Shown: piece by piece, positions 9,764 to 19,530 of the stretch | Position numbering within the stretch: the stretch's first letter is position 1 | Layout of the letters: each line of letters starts with the position of its first letter | Assembly (NCBI GenBank): GCA_963849495.1 | Contig: CAWKHN010000009.1 | Span: forward strand, 20,164 to 84,163 | Origin: an uncultured Chloroflexia bacterium | GTDB lineage: Bacteria > Chloroflexota > Limnocylindria > Limnocylindrales > CSP1-4 | Direction: 5' to 3' | DNA: 64,000 nt | Position numbers and translations under genes: made by a program | Notes under the pieces: model-generated | Database searches by the model: none | Told to the model about the DNA's origin: nothing | The model's input: only the letters and a program-made list of their open reading frames with translations

Positions 9764-10246
9764 CTATACGCCCCTGTAGATCGCGCTGAGGAGCCGGTTC
9801 CGCTTGCGCGCATCGCCGGCAAGGCGCCGATACCACCGGAACACGGCGATCGCCTCGTCCAGGGCGTGGTCGGCCGGAACGGCCTCCTCCTCGGACAGGG
9901 CGCTCCGGGCGCCGGCCCGCAACCCCTCGCAGATCTGCACGACATCGTCCATCGCCACCTCGCGGCGGCGGAACACGGTCGCCGTCTGGTCAGCGAACTC
10001 CTTGAGCCAGTGGGCATCGTTGCCGGCCACGCACAGCGCGAGACGGTCCACGAACACCTCGGCATCGCGGAGCAGGTTGCGAAGCCCGGCGTCGTCGTAG
10101 CGGGTCCGGAAGGTCGGGTCGCCGTCTACCGCGACCTCGAGGGCACGGGCGGCGAGCCGTCCGCGATCCGCCCGCAGGCGCGCCGCGGCCTCCGGGTACC
10201 CGGCGACCAGGCTGCGGGGCGGAAGACCGAGCGTGGGATGGCTCAC
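9764..10246 (-). CDS. Hypothetical all-helical protein, globin/phycobiliprotein-like fold candidate
   Basis: GTG 10246 lies 8 nt after TATCCT; the sequence aligns by eye with the allophycocyanin helical core (see findings). Confidence 0.7.
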   Translation of the reverse strand: MSHPTLGLPPRSLVAGYPEAAARLRADRGRLAARALEVAVDGDPTFRTRYDDAGLRNLLRDAEVFVDRLALCVAGNDAHWLKEFADQTATVFRRREVAMDDVVQICEGLRAGARSALSEEEAVPADHALDEAIAVFRWYRRLAGDARKRNRLLSAIYRGV

Positions 10247-10294
10247 GGAGTCGAAGGATACCGTCCTCGGCCGCCGGGCGCGTAGCATCTGGCC

Positions 10295-10798
10295 ATGACC
10301 GATCCGGCCCGCGAGCCCGGCGAGCGACGCCCGGGCGCCACGTCACGCCTCGATCGTGCCCCCGGCGAGCGGTACGCGCAGCGCACGCCGGGCGGCGCCG
10401 TGCCACCGTCCGCCATGCCGTCTCCCGGGCGCAGGGTGCGTGCGCTGGCTGCCGCTGCCCTGGCAGCCGCGGGGGGCGCCCTCGTGATCTTCGCGCTGGG
10501 GCTGGTGGAGATCGGGCCCGGCCTGATCGCCGTCTCCGCGGCAGTCGGCTGGGCGGTGGCGCTCGCGCTCGTGTGGGGCGGCGCCGGGACCGGCGTCGGG
10601 AACCGGGGCACCCGCATGGCGATCGCCGCCGCGCTCGGCGCGACCGGAATCATCGCCGGGTTCCTGCTCAACTGGGGCTGGTCACGCGGAGAGGGCGGCG
10701 TGCTCGACCCGGCTGCCTACCTCGACCAGCGCTACGGGCTGCTGGCCATCGCGGACATCGTCGTCGCAGCGTTCGCAGGGGCGCTCCGCGCCCGGTAG
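10295..10798 (+). CDS. Hypothetical membrane protein (about 4 TM)
   Basis: Several hydrophobic segments; TAGCAT -10-like element 6 nt before the ATG. Confidence 0.7.
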   Translation: MTDPAREPGERRPGATSRLDRAPGERYAQRTPGGAVPPSAMPSPGRRVRALAAAALAAAGGALVIFALGLVEIGPGLIAVSAAVGWAVALALVWGGAGTGVGNRGTRMAIAAALGATGIIAGFLLNWGWSRGEGGVLDPAAYLDQRYGLLAIADIVVAAFAGALRAR

Positions 10799-10800
10799 AC

Positions 10801-10823
10801 GCGGGCTTGTCCCGCAGGCCCGC
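10801..10823. terminator. GC-rich hairpin between convergent genes
   Basis: GCGGGCTT-N7-AGGCCCGC stem (one G-U pair); no U tract. Confidence 0.35.
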
Positions 10824-10859
10824 CCGGCCGCGGCTACCTCTCCGGGCCACCGCGCTCGC

Positions 10860-12146
10860 TCACGCGCCGCCGGCGATCTCCGCCTCGATCCGGAACGGCG
10901 TGAGCGGCTCACGCAGGAGCCGAGCGAACCGCGCCGGACGCGCGTCCACCGGGACCATCTCCAGCCAGCGGCGCAGCAGCGCTTCTCCATCCGGGTAGAC
11001 GAAGACATAGGTGCGCCACAGGCGGTGCTCGATGAACTCCAGGCGCTTCGCCGCCTCATCGGGGTCGAACCGGCCGACCTCGACCAGGTAGCCGAGCACA
11101 TCCTCGCGCGCGGCCCCGTCCTCATGCAGCATCAAGGCGGCGTTCACCCGGGTCTCGTCGAGGATCGAGCGCAGATCCTCGACCCGGCGACGGCGATCGG
11201 CGGCCTCGCGGAGGGCAGAGGGGTCGCCGCTCAGGCACAGGCCCGCCAGCGGGGCCAGCTCGACCAGGAGGTCGGCCAGCTCGGCCGGCGGCACCACCAG
11301 GTCCCGGCCCACCTGGGCCAGGCCCTCGGAGATCAGGCACTCCGGCGTGTTGATCAGCAGGATGCTGGCCTCGAGTCGCTCGAGACCCTCCACCAGGACC
11401 TGCTCCTTGAGTGCGTGCTCGAGGTGGTGGCCCGGATACGTCTCGTGGGCGATCGTCCCGATCAGGCCGGGCAGCCGCACCGGCAGGTCCAGGTTGAGGT
11501 CCACGCGGGAGCGGTACCCGCCGTCGTACCAGTTGTAGCCGGACCACGGCTGGTCGCGGACGAGCGTGACGCTCAGGTCCTCGCCACCCGGGAGATCGAA
11601 CAGCCCGGCCGTGCGCTCCCGGTCGCGACGAACGAGGACGTCGACGACGGGTCGCACCCGCTCCGGCGGGATCGTCCAGGCCGCGTCCTCCGCGGCGAGA
11701 CGCTGTGCGAGCGTGCCCGGTCCCGGCAGGGCCGCGGAGAGCTCCTCGGCGGCCGCCTCGAAGCGGGCCTCGGGGCGGCGTGCCGGTGAGTGCGCGAATG
11801 AGCGGGTGACGAGCTCGAGATACGGCAGCGGGGAGCCGGCCCGAGCGCGCGCCTGCGCCTCGAGCGCACCCAGCTGCAGGTCAAGCCAGTGGCGACGGTC
11901 CGGCTCGCGAACCTCCTCGTCCAGGCGGGCCCGGAGGGATGTCGCATCGTCCGCCAGCCGGGCGGCCGGCCGGAGCTGCTCCATGTCGACCCGCGCCTTG
12001 AGATCGGCCGGACCGTAGTACCCGTCAACGGTCCCCGGCAGGTGCTGGTCAAGGCGCAGCGCGAGGAGCAGGTAGTCACGGGCGATCGGGTCGGGAGCCG
12101 GAACGGTGCGGATGCCACCGACCGCGGGCACGCGACCGTTCGTCAT
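10860..12146 (-). CDS. DUF885-like putative metallopeptidase
   Basis: Real start ATG 12146 (ATGA overlap with the upstream gene); HETYPGHH motif and downstream EGLA. Confidence 0.75.
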   Translation of the reverse strand: MTNGRVPAVGGIRTVPAPDPIARDYLLLALRLDQHLPGTVDGYYGPADLKARVDMEQLRPAARLADDATSLRARLDEEVREPDRRHWLDLQLGALEAQARARAGSPLPYLELVTRSFAHSPARRPEARFEAAAEELSAALPGPGTLAQRLAAEDAAWTIPPERVRPVVDVLVRRDRERTAGLFDLPGGEDLSVTLVRDQPWSGYNWYDGGYRSRVDLNLDLPVRLPGLIGTIAHETYPGHHLEHALKEQVLVEGLERLEASILLINTPECLISEGLAQVGRDLVVPPAELADLLVELAPLAGLCLSGDPSALREAADRRRRVEDLRSILDETRVNAALMLHEDGAAREDVLGYLVEVGRFDPDEAAKRLEFIEHRLWRTYVFVYPDGEALLRRWLEMVPVDARPARFARLLREPLTPFRIEAEIAGGA

Positions 12147-12778
12147 CGTTGCAGTCGCTCCGGGCGCGGCGCGCGGCGCTCGCCATGGTCTCCGTGCTCC
12201 GCTGCGGCACGACGCGCCTCCTCGAGGCGGCGCTGCAGCTCCGGGTCGAGCGGGATCGAACGACGGGAACCCCGGGCAAGGTGTGCGTGACGTTCCGCGA
12301 CGGCCTCGATGCCCGGGCCGGACTCCTCCGCCGCGCCCGACCCCTCCGCCGCCCCTGGAGGGGCAACCGGATCGGTCGCCCGGTCCACACCGGCCGCACC
12401 CGCGGGCTCTCCCGTCGCCGGGACCTCGCCCATCCCCTGCCCGGCACTGATCCCGCCGGTCTCCCCGCGGAACGGCATGCCCTGCCGCTCCACGGCGTCG
12501 AGGCTCATCCGCAGTGCCGCAGCCTTCTGCGTGGCGACCTCGCGGACGTACGCCGCCTCCTCGTCCACGGTCATTCCGCGACCGCGCACGATGCCCTTGG
12601 GCTTGCCGACCATGAGCCACGCCAGGTGGTAGCGGTCCATGGTCCCCCAGGCCGAGGCGAGCAGGTCGTCGGACAGCTGGAGCCAGGTCTGGAGCGCGTT
12701 GAGGGACGGTTGCGCCAGGAGCCGCTCGCCCTCGGCGATCAGCTGGCGCGTGCGCAGGATGAGCTCGTCCCGGGTCAC
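12143..12778 (-). CDS. Hypothetical protein
   Basis: Ordered helical N-terminal ~105 aa plus low-complexity tail; TAGACT 6 nt upstream of the GTG; coupled to the downstream gene. Confidence 0.7.
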   Translation of the reverse strand: MTRDELILRTRQLIAEGERLLAQPSLNALQTWLQLSDDLLASAWGTMDRYHLAWLMVGKPKGIVRGRGMTVDEEAAYVREVATQKAAALRMSLDAVERQGMPFRGETGGISAGQGMGEVPATGEPAGAAGVDRATDPVAPPGAAEGSGAAEESGPGIEAVAERHAHLARGSRRSIPLDPELQRRLEEARRAAAEHGDHGERRAPRPERLQR

Positions 12779-12866
12779 CGCCTGAGTCTAGGGTGCCGGC
12801 GGCGGATAGGCTTTGTGGGTTCAGCCGGGGCGCAACTTCGCAAACCGGCGACCAGCCGGAGGTCCC

Positions 12867-13958
12867 GTGACGGACAGCCTGCTCGCCGAGAGCGTGATCG
12901 TGCTCGGCGCGGAGCCGGACGAGGTCGAGCGCCTCACCCACAGCGTCGTCGCGTCCGCCACGACCGGCGTCTTCCGGGTGCGGGCAGGCGCGCGCAGCGC
13001 AATCGTGAAGGTCATCGCGCCCCGCGGCTCCGACCCGGCGGATGCCTCCCGCTCTGCCGCTTCATTCCGGTACTGGCGGCGTGAGCCGGAGCTGCTCACC
13101 GGGCCGGTCCTCGACGTGTATCGGGAAGCGGGGCTGCGCCCACCCGCCGTGCTCGCCGCGATCGCGCGCGGCCCCGAGATGGTGGCCCTGTGGCAGGAGG
13201 AGGTCACCGGTGTGCGGGGCGATTCCTGGGACGTCGCGACGTTCACGGAATTGGCGCGCCGGCTCGGCCGGGCCCAGGGCGTGCTCGCGGCGGCGACGCC
13301 CGGCCACGCCCCCCTGAGTCGCGGCTTCCTGCGCGATTACCTCGCGGAGAAATCCGGCTCCGTTTCGTACGGGCTCCTCGGGCAACAGCACGCGTGGAAC
13401 CAGCCACGGGTCCGTGCCGCATTCCCCGCCGCCCTCGCGCACGCGCTCGCCGGGCTGCACAGGGACCAGTCCCGGCTCCTGGCATGGATGGAGGCCGCTC
13501 CGCGGACGGTGGCCCACCTTGATGTGTGGCCGCTCAACGTGTTCGCCGGGGCGGACGGGTTCGGGCTCGTCGACTGGGCGTTTGCCGGCGACGGGGCGCT
13601 GGGCGAGGATCCGGGAAACCTCGTGTTCGACGCCGTCCTGGATCTCCTCCACCCCACGGCGATCCTGCCGGATCTCGACATCGCGGTGTTCGGCGGGTAC
13701 CTCGACGGGCTCAACGATGCGGGCTGGGACGGGGACGAGCGGCAGGTCCGGCTGGCGATGTGCGCGTCCGCGGTCAAGTACGACTGGCTGGCGCCGGCAA
13801 TGCTCGCCCGGGCGGCCGATGTGGATCTCGTCGGGTATGGCGGTCTGCGGATCGAGGATGCCGAGCTCCTGTTCAGGGAGCGGGGCCGCGCCCTCGCGTT
13901 CATCGTCGCGCGGACCGATGAGGCCCGCCGCATCGCGGCCGAGCTCGAGATCGCCTGA
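12867..13958 (+). CDS. APH/choline-kinase-like phosphotransferase
   Basis: SD GGAGGT before GTG 12867; catalytic HLDVWPLN and VDW motifs. Confidence 0.82.
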   Translation: MTDSLLAESVIVLGAEPDEVERLTHSVVASATTGVFRVRAGARSAIVKVIAPRGSDPADASRSAASFRYWRREPELLTGPVLDVYREAGLRPPAVLAAIARGPEMVALWQEEVTGVRGDSWDVATFTELARRLGRAQGVLAAATPGHAPLSRGFLRDYLAEKSGSVSYGLLGQQHAWNQPRVRAAFPAALAHALAGLHRDQSRLLAWMEAAPRTVAHLDVWPLNVFAGADGFGLVDWAFAGDGALGEDPGNLVFDAVLDLLHPTAILPDLDIAVFGGYLDGLNDAGWDGDERQVRLAMCASAVKYDWLAPAMLARAADVDLVGYGGLRIEDAELLFRERGRALAFIVARTDEARRIAAELEIA

Positions 13959-13960
13959 GG

Positions 13961-14872
13961 TCAGCCCTCGCGGATGAAGGTCTCCCGGTCCGTCCTGGCG
14001 CGCAGCGTCCAGGGGCCGGGCCGCCCGGTGCCGATCGGATGACCGTTGAACCGGGTCACGGGCAGGATCCCGGCCACGGACGAGCACACGAAGGCCTCGT
14101 CGGCCGCCGCCAGCTCGTCGGGTGTGAGCCAGCCCTCGACGGGGCGGAGGCCCACCGTCCCTGCCCATCGCAGCAGCCAGGACCGGGTGGTTCCAGCCAG
14201 GATCGCGCAATCCAGGGCGGGGGTCGCCAGCTCCACGACCCGGTCGACACCGCGCCGCACCAGGAACACGTTCGCGGTCGTCGATTCGGAGAGGTGGCCC
14301 GAGACCGTCAGGAACAGGGCATCGTCGGCACCGGTTCGGCGGGCCTCAAGCCGCGCGTACACGTAGTCGGCACGGCTGGTCGTCTTGAGCGCCAGCATCG
14401 GGTTCTGGGGGTCCCGGCGGATCGCGCTCGCGACCAGCGACAGCCCGCGATCGAGGTGACCGGCCCGCGGCGCCTCCACGCGCCAGGCCTGGATGGCGAT
14501 CGTCGGTGTCAGCAGCTCTCCCGCAGCCGGCAGCAGGCCGCGCGAGGCCCACGCGCCGCGTGACACCGTGATCCGGACCGAGGCATCGATCCCCGGCTCA
14601 GCGAGGCCCTCGGCCGTGAGGAGATCGGCGATCCCGGCCGCGATGCGCGCCTCGACGTCGTCCGGAAGCTCGATCGACAGCCCGTCCGCCGAGCGACGCA
14701 GGCGGGCCACGTGCTCGGGCAGCTCGGTGACGTGCCCGCCGCGCGCCCGAAGCGTCTCGAAGATGCCGTCGCCCAGCTGGAAGCCGCGGTCGAACACGCT
14801 GAGGTGCGGGCCGTCGGCCGGCAGGACCACGCCGTCCAGCCAGACGTGGCGCGGGTCGGCAGCGACCATCAC
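13961..14872 (-). CDS. Aminotransferase class IV (4-amino-4-deoxychorismate lyase/BCAT-like)
   Basis: DRGFQLGDGIFET, LKTTSR (PLP Lys), ESTTANVF and LAGTTR; GTGA overlap with the pabB stop. Confidence 0.9.
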   Translation of the reverse strand: MMVAADPRHVWLDGVVLPADGPHLSVFDRGFQLGDGIFETLRARGGHVTELPEHVARLRRSADGLSIELPDDVEARIAAGIADLLTAEGLAEPGIDASVRITVSRGAWASRGLLPAAGELLTPTIAIQAWRVEAPRAGHLDRGLSLVASAIRRDPQNPMLALKTTSRADYVYARLEARRTGADDALFLTVSGHLSESTTANVFLVRRGVDRVVELATPALDCAILAGTTRSWLLRWAGTVGLRPVEGWLTPDELAAADEAFVCSSVAGILPVTRFNGHPIGTGRPGPWTLRARTDRETFIREG

Positions 14873-16338
14873 GCCATCACCTCGATGGCGCCGATCGCGC
14901 CCAGGGGACCTCGCGCCTTGGCCACCGTCTCCGCCCATTCCGCATCGGGGTCGCTGCGCCAGGTGATCCCGCCGCCGACGTGCAGGGTCAGCCGTGCCCC
15001 GTCAGCCACGAACGTGCGGATGAGGATGCTCGATCCCATCCGCCCATCAGGCCCGATCCACGCCATCGCGCCACAGTACGGCCCTCGCCGGACCGGCTCG
15101 ACCCGGTCGATGATCTGCATGGCGCTGACCTTGGGCGCACCGGTGATGCTGCCGCCGGGAAACGAGACGGCCAGGAGGTCGAACGGGTCATATCCCGCCC
15201 GAAGCCGTCCGGTGACGGTCGTGACGAGGTGCTGGACCGCGGCGGTCCGCTCCAGCCGGAGCAGGCGCGGCACGCGGACGCTGCCCGGCACGCAGACGCG
15301 TCCGAGGTCGTTGCGCAGGACATCCACGATCATCACGTTCTCGGCCCGATCCTTGCCGCTCGCCAGCAGCTCATGCGCCAGCGCCCGATCCTGCGACCGC
15401 GTCCGACCCCGCGGGCGGGTGCCCTTGATCGGATCCGTCGAGACGAGGCCACCGGCCGAGACCGAGAGGAATGGCTCCGGTGAGGCGGACATCAGCGCCC
15501 GGGGGGCACCGGTGGCGGGTGACGGGCCGAGGTCCAGGAACCCCGCGAACAGGGCAGGGTCGCCGGTCCGCAGCTGCCGGAAGACGGGCCACGGATCACC
15601 GTCGAAGGCGGCCTCCAGGCGACGCGACAGGTTCGCCTGGTAGATCTCGCCGCGTCTGATCGCGGCGCGCACCGTCTCGACACCGGTCGTCCAGGCTTCC
15701 CGTCCGGTCGCCGACACGAGTGCGGTCGGCACGGACGCGGCGGGTGGGTGGGCCGTAGCCGCCGTCGTGGGCTCGCCCGCGTCCGCCCGCACGAGCCCGT
15801 CGATCCGGTCGAGAACCCCCCGGACGCGTCGCTCCAGGCCGGCGCGGTCCCCGTCGACCGCCCGGGCAGCCAGCCACGCCGATCCCGTGCGGCGATCCCA
15901 TGCGAGCACCCAGTCATGGAGACCCAGCCGCAGCAACGGCAGGTGCTGGTCCACCCGGGCGTTCGTCGGCAGGCGCTCGAAACGCCGGCCGAGGTCGTAG
16001 CCGAGGTATCCGACCAGACCCCCGGCGAACGGCGGCACGTCGGGCGACGCCGGGGTCCCACCCCCCAGCCGCCGCAGCACGGCCCTCGCCTCCGCGAACG
16101 GGTCCGGACCCTCGGCGGGAGCATCAAGGACCAGCACGGGGTCAGCTGTCAGGTAGGTCCAGCGCCCGGTCCGACCGGGTCTGGCGCTCTCGAGCAGGAC
16201 GAGGCCCGGGAGCTCGCCGAATGCCTCCGCAACATCGAGCGGCGGGAGGCGGTCGAGCACGCGGAGGCGCTGCAGCAGCGGCTCCGCGCCGCGCTGGCCG
16301 CGGCGCTCTGCAGGACCGGCTTCCGGGATCGTGCGCAC
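14869..16338 (-). CDS. pabB: Aminodeoxychorismate synthase component I
   Basis: SPEPFL, PIKGTRPR (PabB-type, not TrpE PIAGT), KDRAENVMIVD..RNDL, FPGGSITGAPK and RRGPYCG; start GTG 16338. Confidence 0.88.
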   Translation of the reverse strand: MRTIPEAGPAERRGQRGAEPLLQRLRVLDRLPPLDVAEAFGELPGLVLLESARPGRTGRWTYLTADPVLVLDAPAEGPDPFAEARAVLRRLGGGTPASPDVPPFAGGLVGYLGYDLGRRFERLPTNARVDQHLPLLRLGLHDWVLAWDRRTGSAWLAARAVDGDRAGLERRVRGVLDRIDGLVRADAGEPTTAATAHPPAASVPTALVSATGREAWTTGVETVRAAIRRGEIYQANLSRRLEAAFDGDPWPVFRQLRTGDPALFAGFLDLGPSPATGAPRALMSASPEPFLSVSAGGLVSTDPIKGTRPRGRTRSQDRALAHELLASGKDRAENVMIVDVLRNDLGRVCVPGSVRVPRLLRLERTAAVQHLVTTVTGRLRAGYDPFDLLAVSFPGGSITGAPKVSAMQIIDRVEPVRRGPYCGAMAWIGPDGRMGSSILIRTFVADGARLTLHVGGGITWRSDPDAEWAETVAKARGPLGAIGAIEVMA

Positions 16339-16344
16339 CCGGCG

Positions 16345-17601
16345 ATGATAGGCGGGCCGCACGATGGCGGCCGAGACGGAGCTGGAGGCACGGTGGGCGC
16401 TCGCGAGCTGGGAATCCGCATCGGCAGGCTCACTCCGGGAGAGAACGACGCGATCACGGACGTCCCGCGGGTCCTGGTCGGGCACACGACTCTTGTTGCG
16501 GGCGATGGACCGCTCGTGGTCGGCCAGGGTCCGGTCAGGACCGGGGTGACGGTCGTCGTCCCGCACGGGGACGATGTCTGGACCGAGCCTCTGTTCGCGG
16601 GCTGCCACCGGCTCAACGGGAACGGGGAGCTGACGGGGCTGGAATGGGTTCGCGAGTCCGGCCTTCTCGGCGGTGTGATCGGGATCACGAACACGCACAG
16701 CGTGGGCGTCGTCCGGGACGCCCTCATCCGCCACGCGGCGCGCGATCGGTCCAACGAGTCGACGTTCTGGTCGCTGCCCGTCGTGGGCGAGACGTACGAC
16801 GGGGCCCTCAACGACATGGACGGGTTCCATGTGCGGCCCGAGCACCTGGATTCCGCACTTGCCGCCGCGGCCGGAGGACCGATTGCGGAAGGCAACGTGG
16901 GCGGCGGCACCGGCATGATCTGCCACGAGTTCAAGGGCGGCATCGGGACGGCGTCCCGGGCGATCCCGGAGGCCGACGGTGGCTGGATCGTGGGTGCCCT
17001 GGTCCAGGCGAACTATGGTTCGCGCGACCTGCTGCGGATCGACGGGGTGCCGGTCGGCGCGGCGATCCCCAGCAGCGAGGTTCCCAGCCCCTGGGATGAG
17101 ATCGAGCGCCGTGAGGCGGCGGCCGAGGCAGCGGCCGAGGCGGCCCAGAGAGGCAGCGCGCCCACCGGTGGATCGGGGCGATCCGGCGCCGGCGGCGGGT
17201 CGATCATCGTGATCCTCGCCACGAATGCCCCCCTGCTCCCTCACCAGTGCGAGCGACTGGCCCAGCGGGCCGGGCTCGGCATCGCGCGCATGGGCAGCAT
17301 CGCATCCCATGGGTCCGGCGACCTGTTCATCGCCTTCGCGACCGGCAACCGCGGCCTGTCTCGGACGGCGAGCGAACGCGACCCCCGCCTCACGGTCGAG
17401 ACCCGGATGGTCGTGGATCGCGCCATCAACCCGTTGTTCGAGGCAGCCGCCGAGGCGACCGAGGCCGCGGTCGTCAACGCGCTCCTGGCGGCGAAGACGA
17501 TGACCGGCCGGGATGGCATCACTGCCCATGCCCTGGACCACGAACGGCTGCTCGAGGTCATGGCGCGGTACGGCCGCGGCCCGCGTGCGAGCTCCGCCTG
17601 A
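16345..17601 (+). CDS. P1/DmpA-family (S58) aminopeptidase
   Basis: NDAITDVP..VGHTT, GPVRTGVT, EGNVGGGTG, G/SII autocleavage site and GSGDLFIAFATG; exact start uncertain. Confidence 0.9.
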   Translation: MIGGPHDGGRDGAGGTVGARELGIRIGRLTPGENDAITDVPRVLVGHTTLVAGDGPLVVGQGPVRTGVTVVVPHGDDVWTEPLFAGCHRLNGNGELTGLEWVRESGLLGGVIGITNTHSVGVVRDALIRHAARDRSNESTFWSLPVVGETYDGALNDMDGFHVRPEHLDSALAAAAGGPIAEGNVGGGTGMICHEFKGGIGTASRAIPEADGGWIVGALVQANYGSRDLLRIDGVPVGAAIPSSEVPSPWDEIERREAAAEAAAEAAQRGSAPTGGSGRSGAGGGSIIVILATNAPLLPHQCERLAQRAGLGIARMGSIASHGSGDLFIAFATGNRGLSRTASERDPRLTVETRMVVDRAINPLFEAAAEATEAAVVNALLAAKTMTGRDGITAHALDHERLLEVMARYGRGPRASSA

Positions 17602-17633
17602 GCGGGGCGGCCGACGGGCGTGAGGACAGATCC

Positions 17634-18485
17634 ATGACGCCGCTGCCGGCTATTCGCGCCGCGACCGCCGAGGACATCCCTGCCATCCGGTCGATCCTGG
17701 CGGCGCACGGCAACGACGGACCGATCGTGACCGTGGACGTGGTCGGGCCGTACGTTGCCCATCTCGTCCGCCACCACCGCACGCTGGTGAGCGCGCTGGA
17801 CGGGGACCTGGTCGCGTTCGGTGCCGTCGTCGATGCCGGGGTCTCGCTGCACCTGGCCGACTTGTTCGTGCGCCCGGACCGCCTGGGCCACGGGATCGGC
17901 CGGCCCCTGCTGGCGGCGCTGTTCCGGGATGCGCCGCGTCGCACGACGTTCGCTTCCAGCGATCCGCGAGCACTCCCGCTCTACGTCCGCTCCGGGATGT
18001 CGCCGCTGTGGCCGTGCCTGTACCTGGAGGGGGCGGCCACGGTGCTTCCCCGTGTGCCGCCACGGATCGATCTCGAGGCCGCGGACCCGACCCGGCTGGC
18101 GGCGCTCGAGCTCGCGTGGACCGGCGTCGACCGCACGGTGGACCACGCGTTCTGGGGAACCCGGGATCTGGCGGACCCTTTCATCGTCGCCGAGGACGGC
18201 GAGCCCGTGGCGATCGTCCACGCCCGCCCCCGGCAGGCGGCCCCGATCCGGATCATCGCCCGGCTGCTCGTCCGGCCGGGGGCGGACCCCCTGGCCCCGA
18301 CCCTGGCCGCCCTTCGTCGGGCTGCGCGGGGTGGGTCGGTCGAGGCGATCGTCCAGGGTCCGAGCCCGTTGCTGCGCACGCTCCTGGACGTGGGGTTCGT
18401 GATCCTGGACCGCGACCAGTACATGGCCAGCGCGCCGGGCCTGGTGGACCCGGCTCGCTTGATCCCGAACCCCGGGATGCTCTGA
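17634..18485 (+). CDS. GNAT-family N-acetyltransferase
   Basis: LADLFVRPDRLGHGIGRPLL acetyl-CoA motif A and ALPLYVRSG. Confidence 0.82.
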   Translation: MTPLPAIRAATAEDIPAIRSILAAHGNDGPIVTVDVVGPYVAHLVRHHRTLVSALDGDLVAFGAVVDAGVSLHLADLFVRPDRLGHGIGRPLLAALFRDAPRRTTFASSDPRALPLYVRSGMSPLWPCLYLEGAATVLPRVPPRIDLEAADPTRLAALELAWTGVDRTVDHAFWGTRDLADPFIVAEDGEPVAIVHARPRQAAPIRIIARLLVRPGADPLAPTLAALRRAARGGSVEAIVQGPSPLLRTLLDVGFVILDRDQYMASAPGLVDPARLIPNPGML

Positions 18486-18505
18486 GGTTCGCCTGGGGCG
18501 GACGA

Positions 18506-19363
18506 TCAGCCGGCCGCGACCGCCTTCTCGATCGGAACGCCGATCAGGCTGCCCCACTCCGTCCACGAGCCGTCGTAGTTGCGCACCCTCTCGAAGCCGA
18601 GCAGCTCGTGCAGCACGAGCCAGGAGTGGGACGAGCGCTCGCCGATCCGGCAATAGGCGATGACGTCCTTGTCGGCCGTGATGCCCCGGGCGGCGTACAG
18701 GGCGGCAAGGTCTTCGGGGCTCTTGAACGTCCCGTCCTCGCGCACGGTCTGGGCCCACGGGATCGATGCTGCGCCGGGAATGTGGCCGGCCCGCTGTGCG
18801 GTCTCGGTCATGCCGGGAGGGGCGATGACCTCGCCGTTGTACTCGGCGGGCGATCGGACGTCCACGAGCACGAGCTGCGGATCCCCCAGCCGGGGCAGGA
18901 TGTCATCCCGGAACGCTCGCAGCGAGAAGTCGGGCGCGCCGACCTGATAGCCGGTCGCGGGGTAGGACGGCACCTCCGTGGACAGCGGCAGGTTGTGGTC
19001 CAGCCAGTACTTGCGGCCGCCGTTGAGCAGCTTGACCGGCTCGTGCCCGTAGAGCTTGAGCTGCCAGTACGCCCAGGCAGCGAACCAGTTGTTGTTGTCC
19101 CCGTACAGCACGATCGTGGTATCGGCACCGATCCCGGAGGTGCTGAGCAGGTCGCTGAACTCCTCGCGGGTCGCAATGTCGCGCCGCACGCCGTCCGACA
19201 GCTGGCTGGTCCAGTCCCAGGCGACGGCGCCGGGGATATGGCTCTGGTCGTACGCGGTGGTGTCCACGTCGACCTCGACGAAGCGGACGCGCGGATCGTC
19301 AAGATGGGCCCTCGCCCAGTCGGCGGACACGAGGACGTCCTTGGCGTAGCCGGAAACGGACAT
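18506..19363 (-). CDS. Tandem-rhodanese sulfurtransferase (CysA/SseA type)
   Basis: HIPGAV/HIPGAA repeats, active-site YCRIGERS and YDGSWTEWG. Confidence 0.95.
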   Translation of the reverse strand: MSVSGYAKDVLVSADWARAHLDDPRVRFVEVDVDTTAYDQSHIPGAVAWDWTSQLSDGVRRDIATREEFSDLLSTSGIGADTTIVLYGDNNNWFAAWAYWQLKLYGHEPVKLLNGGRKYWLDHNLPLSTEVPSYPATGYQVGAPDFSLRAFRDDILPRLGDPQLVLVDVRSPAEYNGEVIAPPGMTETAQRAGHIPGAASIPWAQTVREDGTFKSPEDLAALYAARGITADKDVIAYCRIGERSSHSWLVLHELLGFERVRNYDGSWTEWGSLIGVPIEKAVAAG

Positions 19364-19530
19364 GGGGATGATGCTCCTGGGTTTCTCGGGACGGGTCAGT
19401 GTCGAGGCGGCGGGATCACGATCCGGCGGATCGTGCCCGCCGGCGACACGAGCAGCGGCCCGGAGCCGGTCCGCAACGCCCCGCGTGGGCGGCTCCGGTG
19501 GGCGGGACGGCGTTGGCTGCGGAGGTCACG

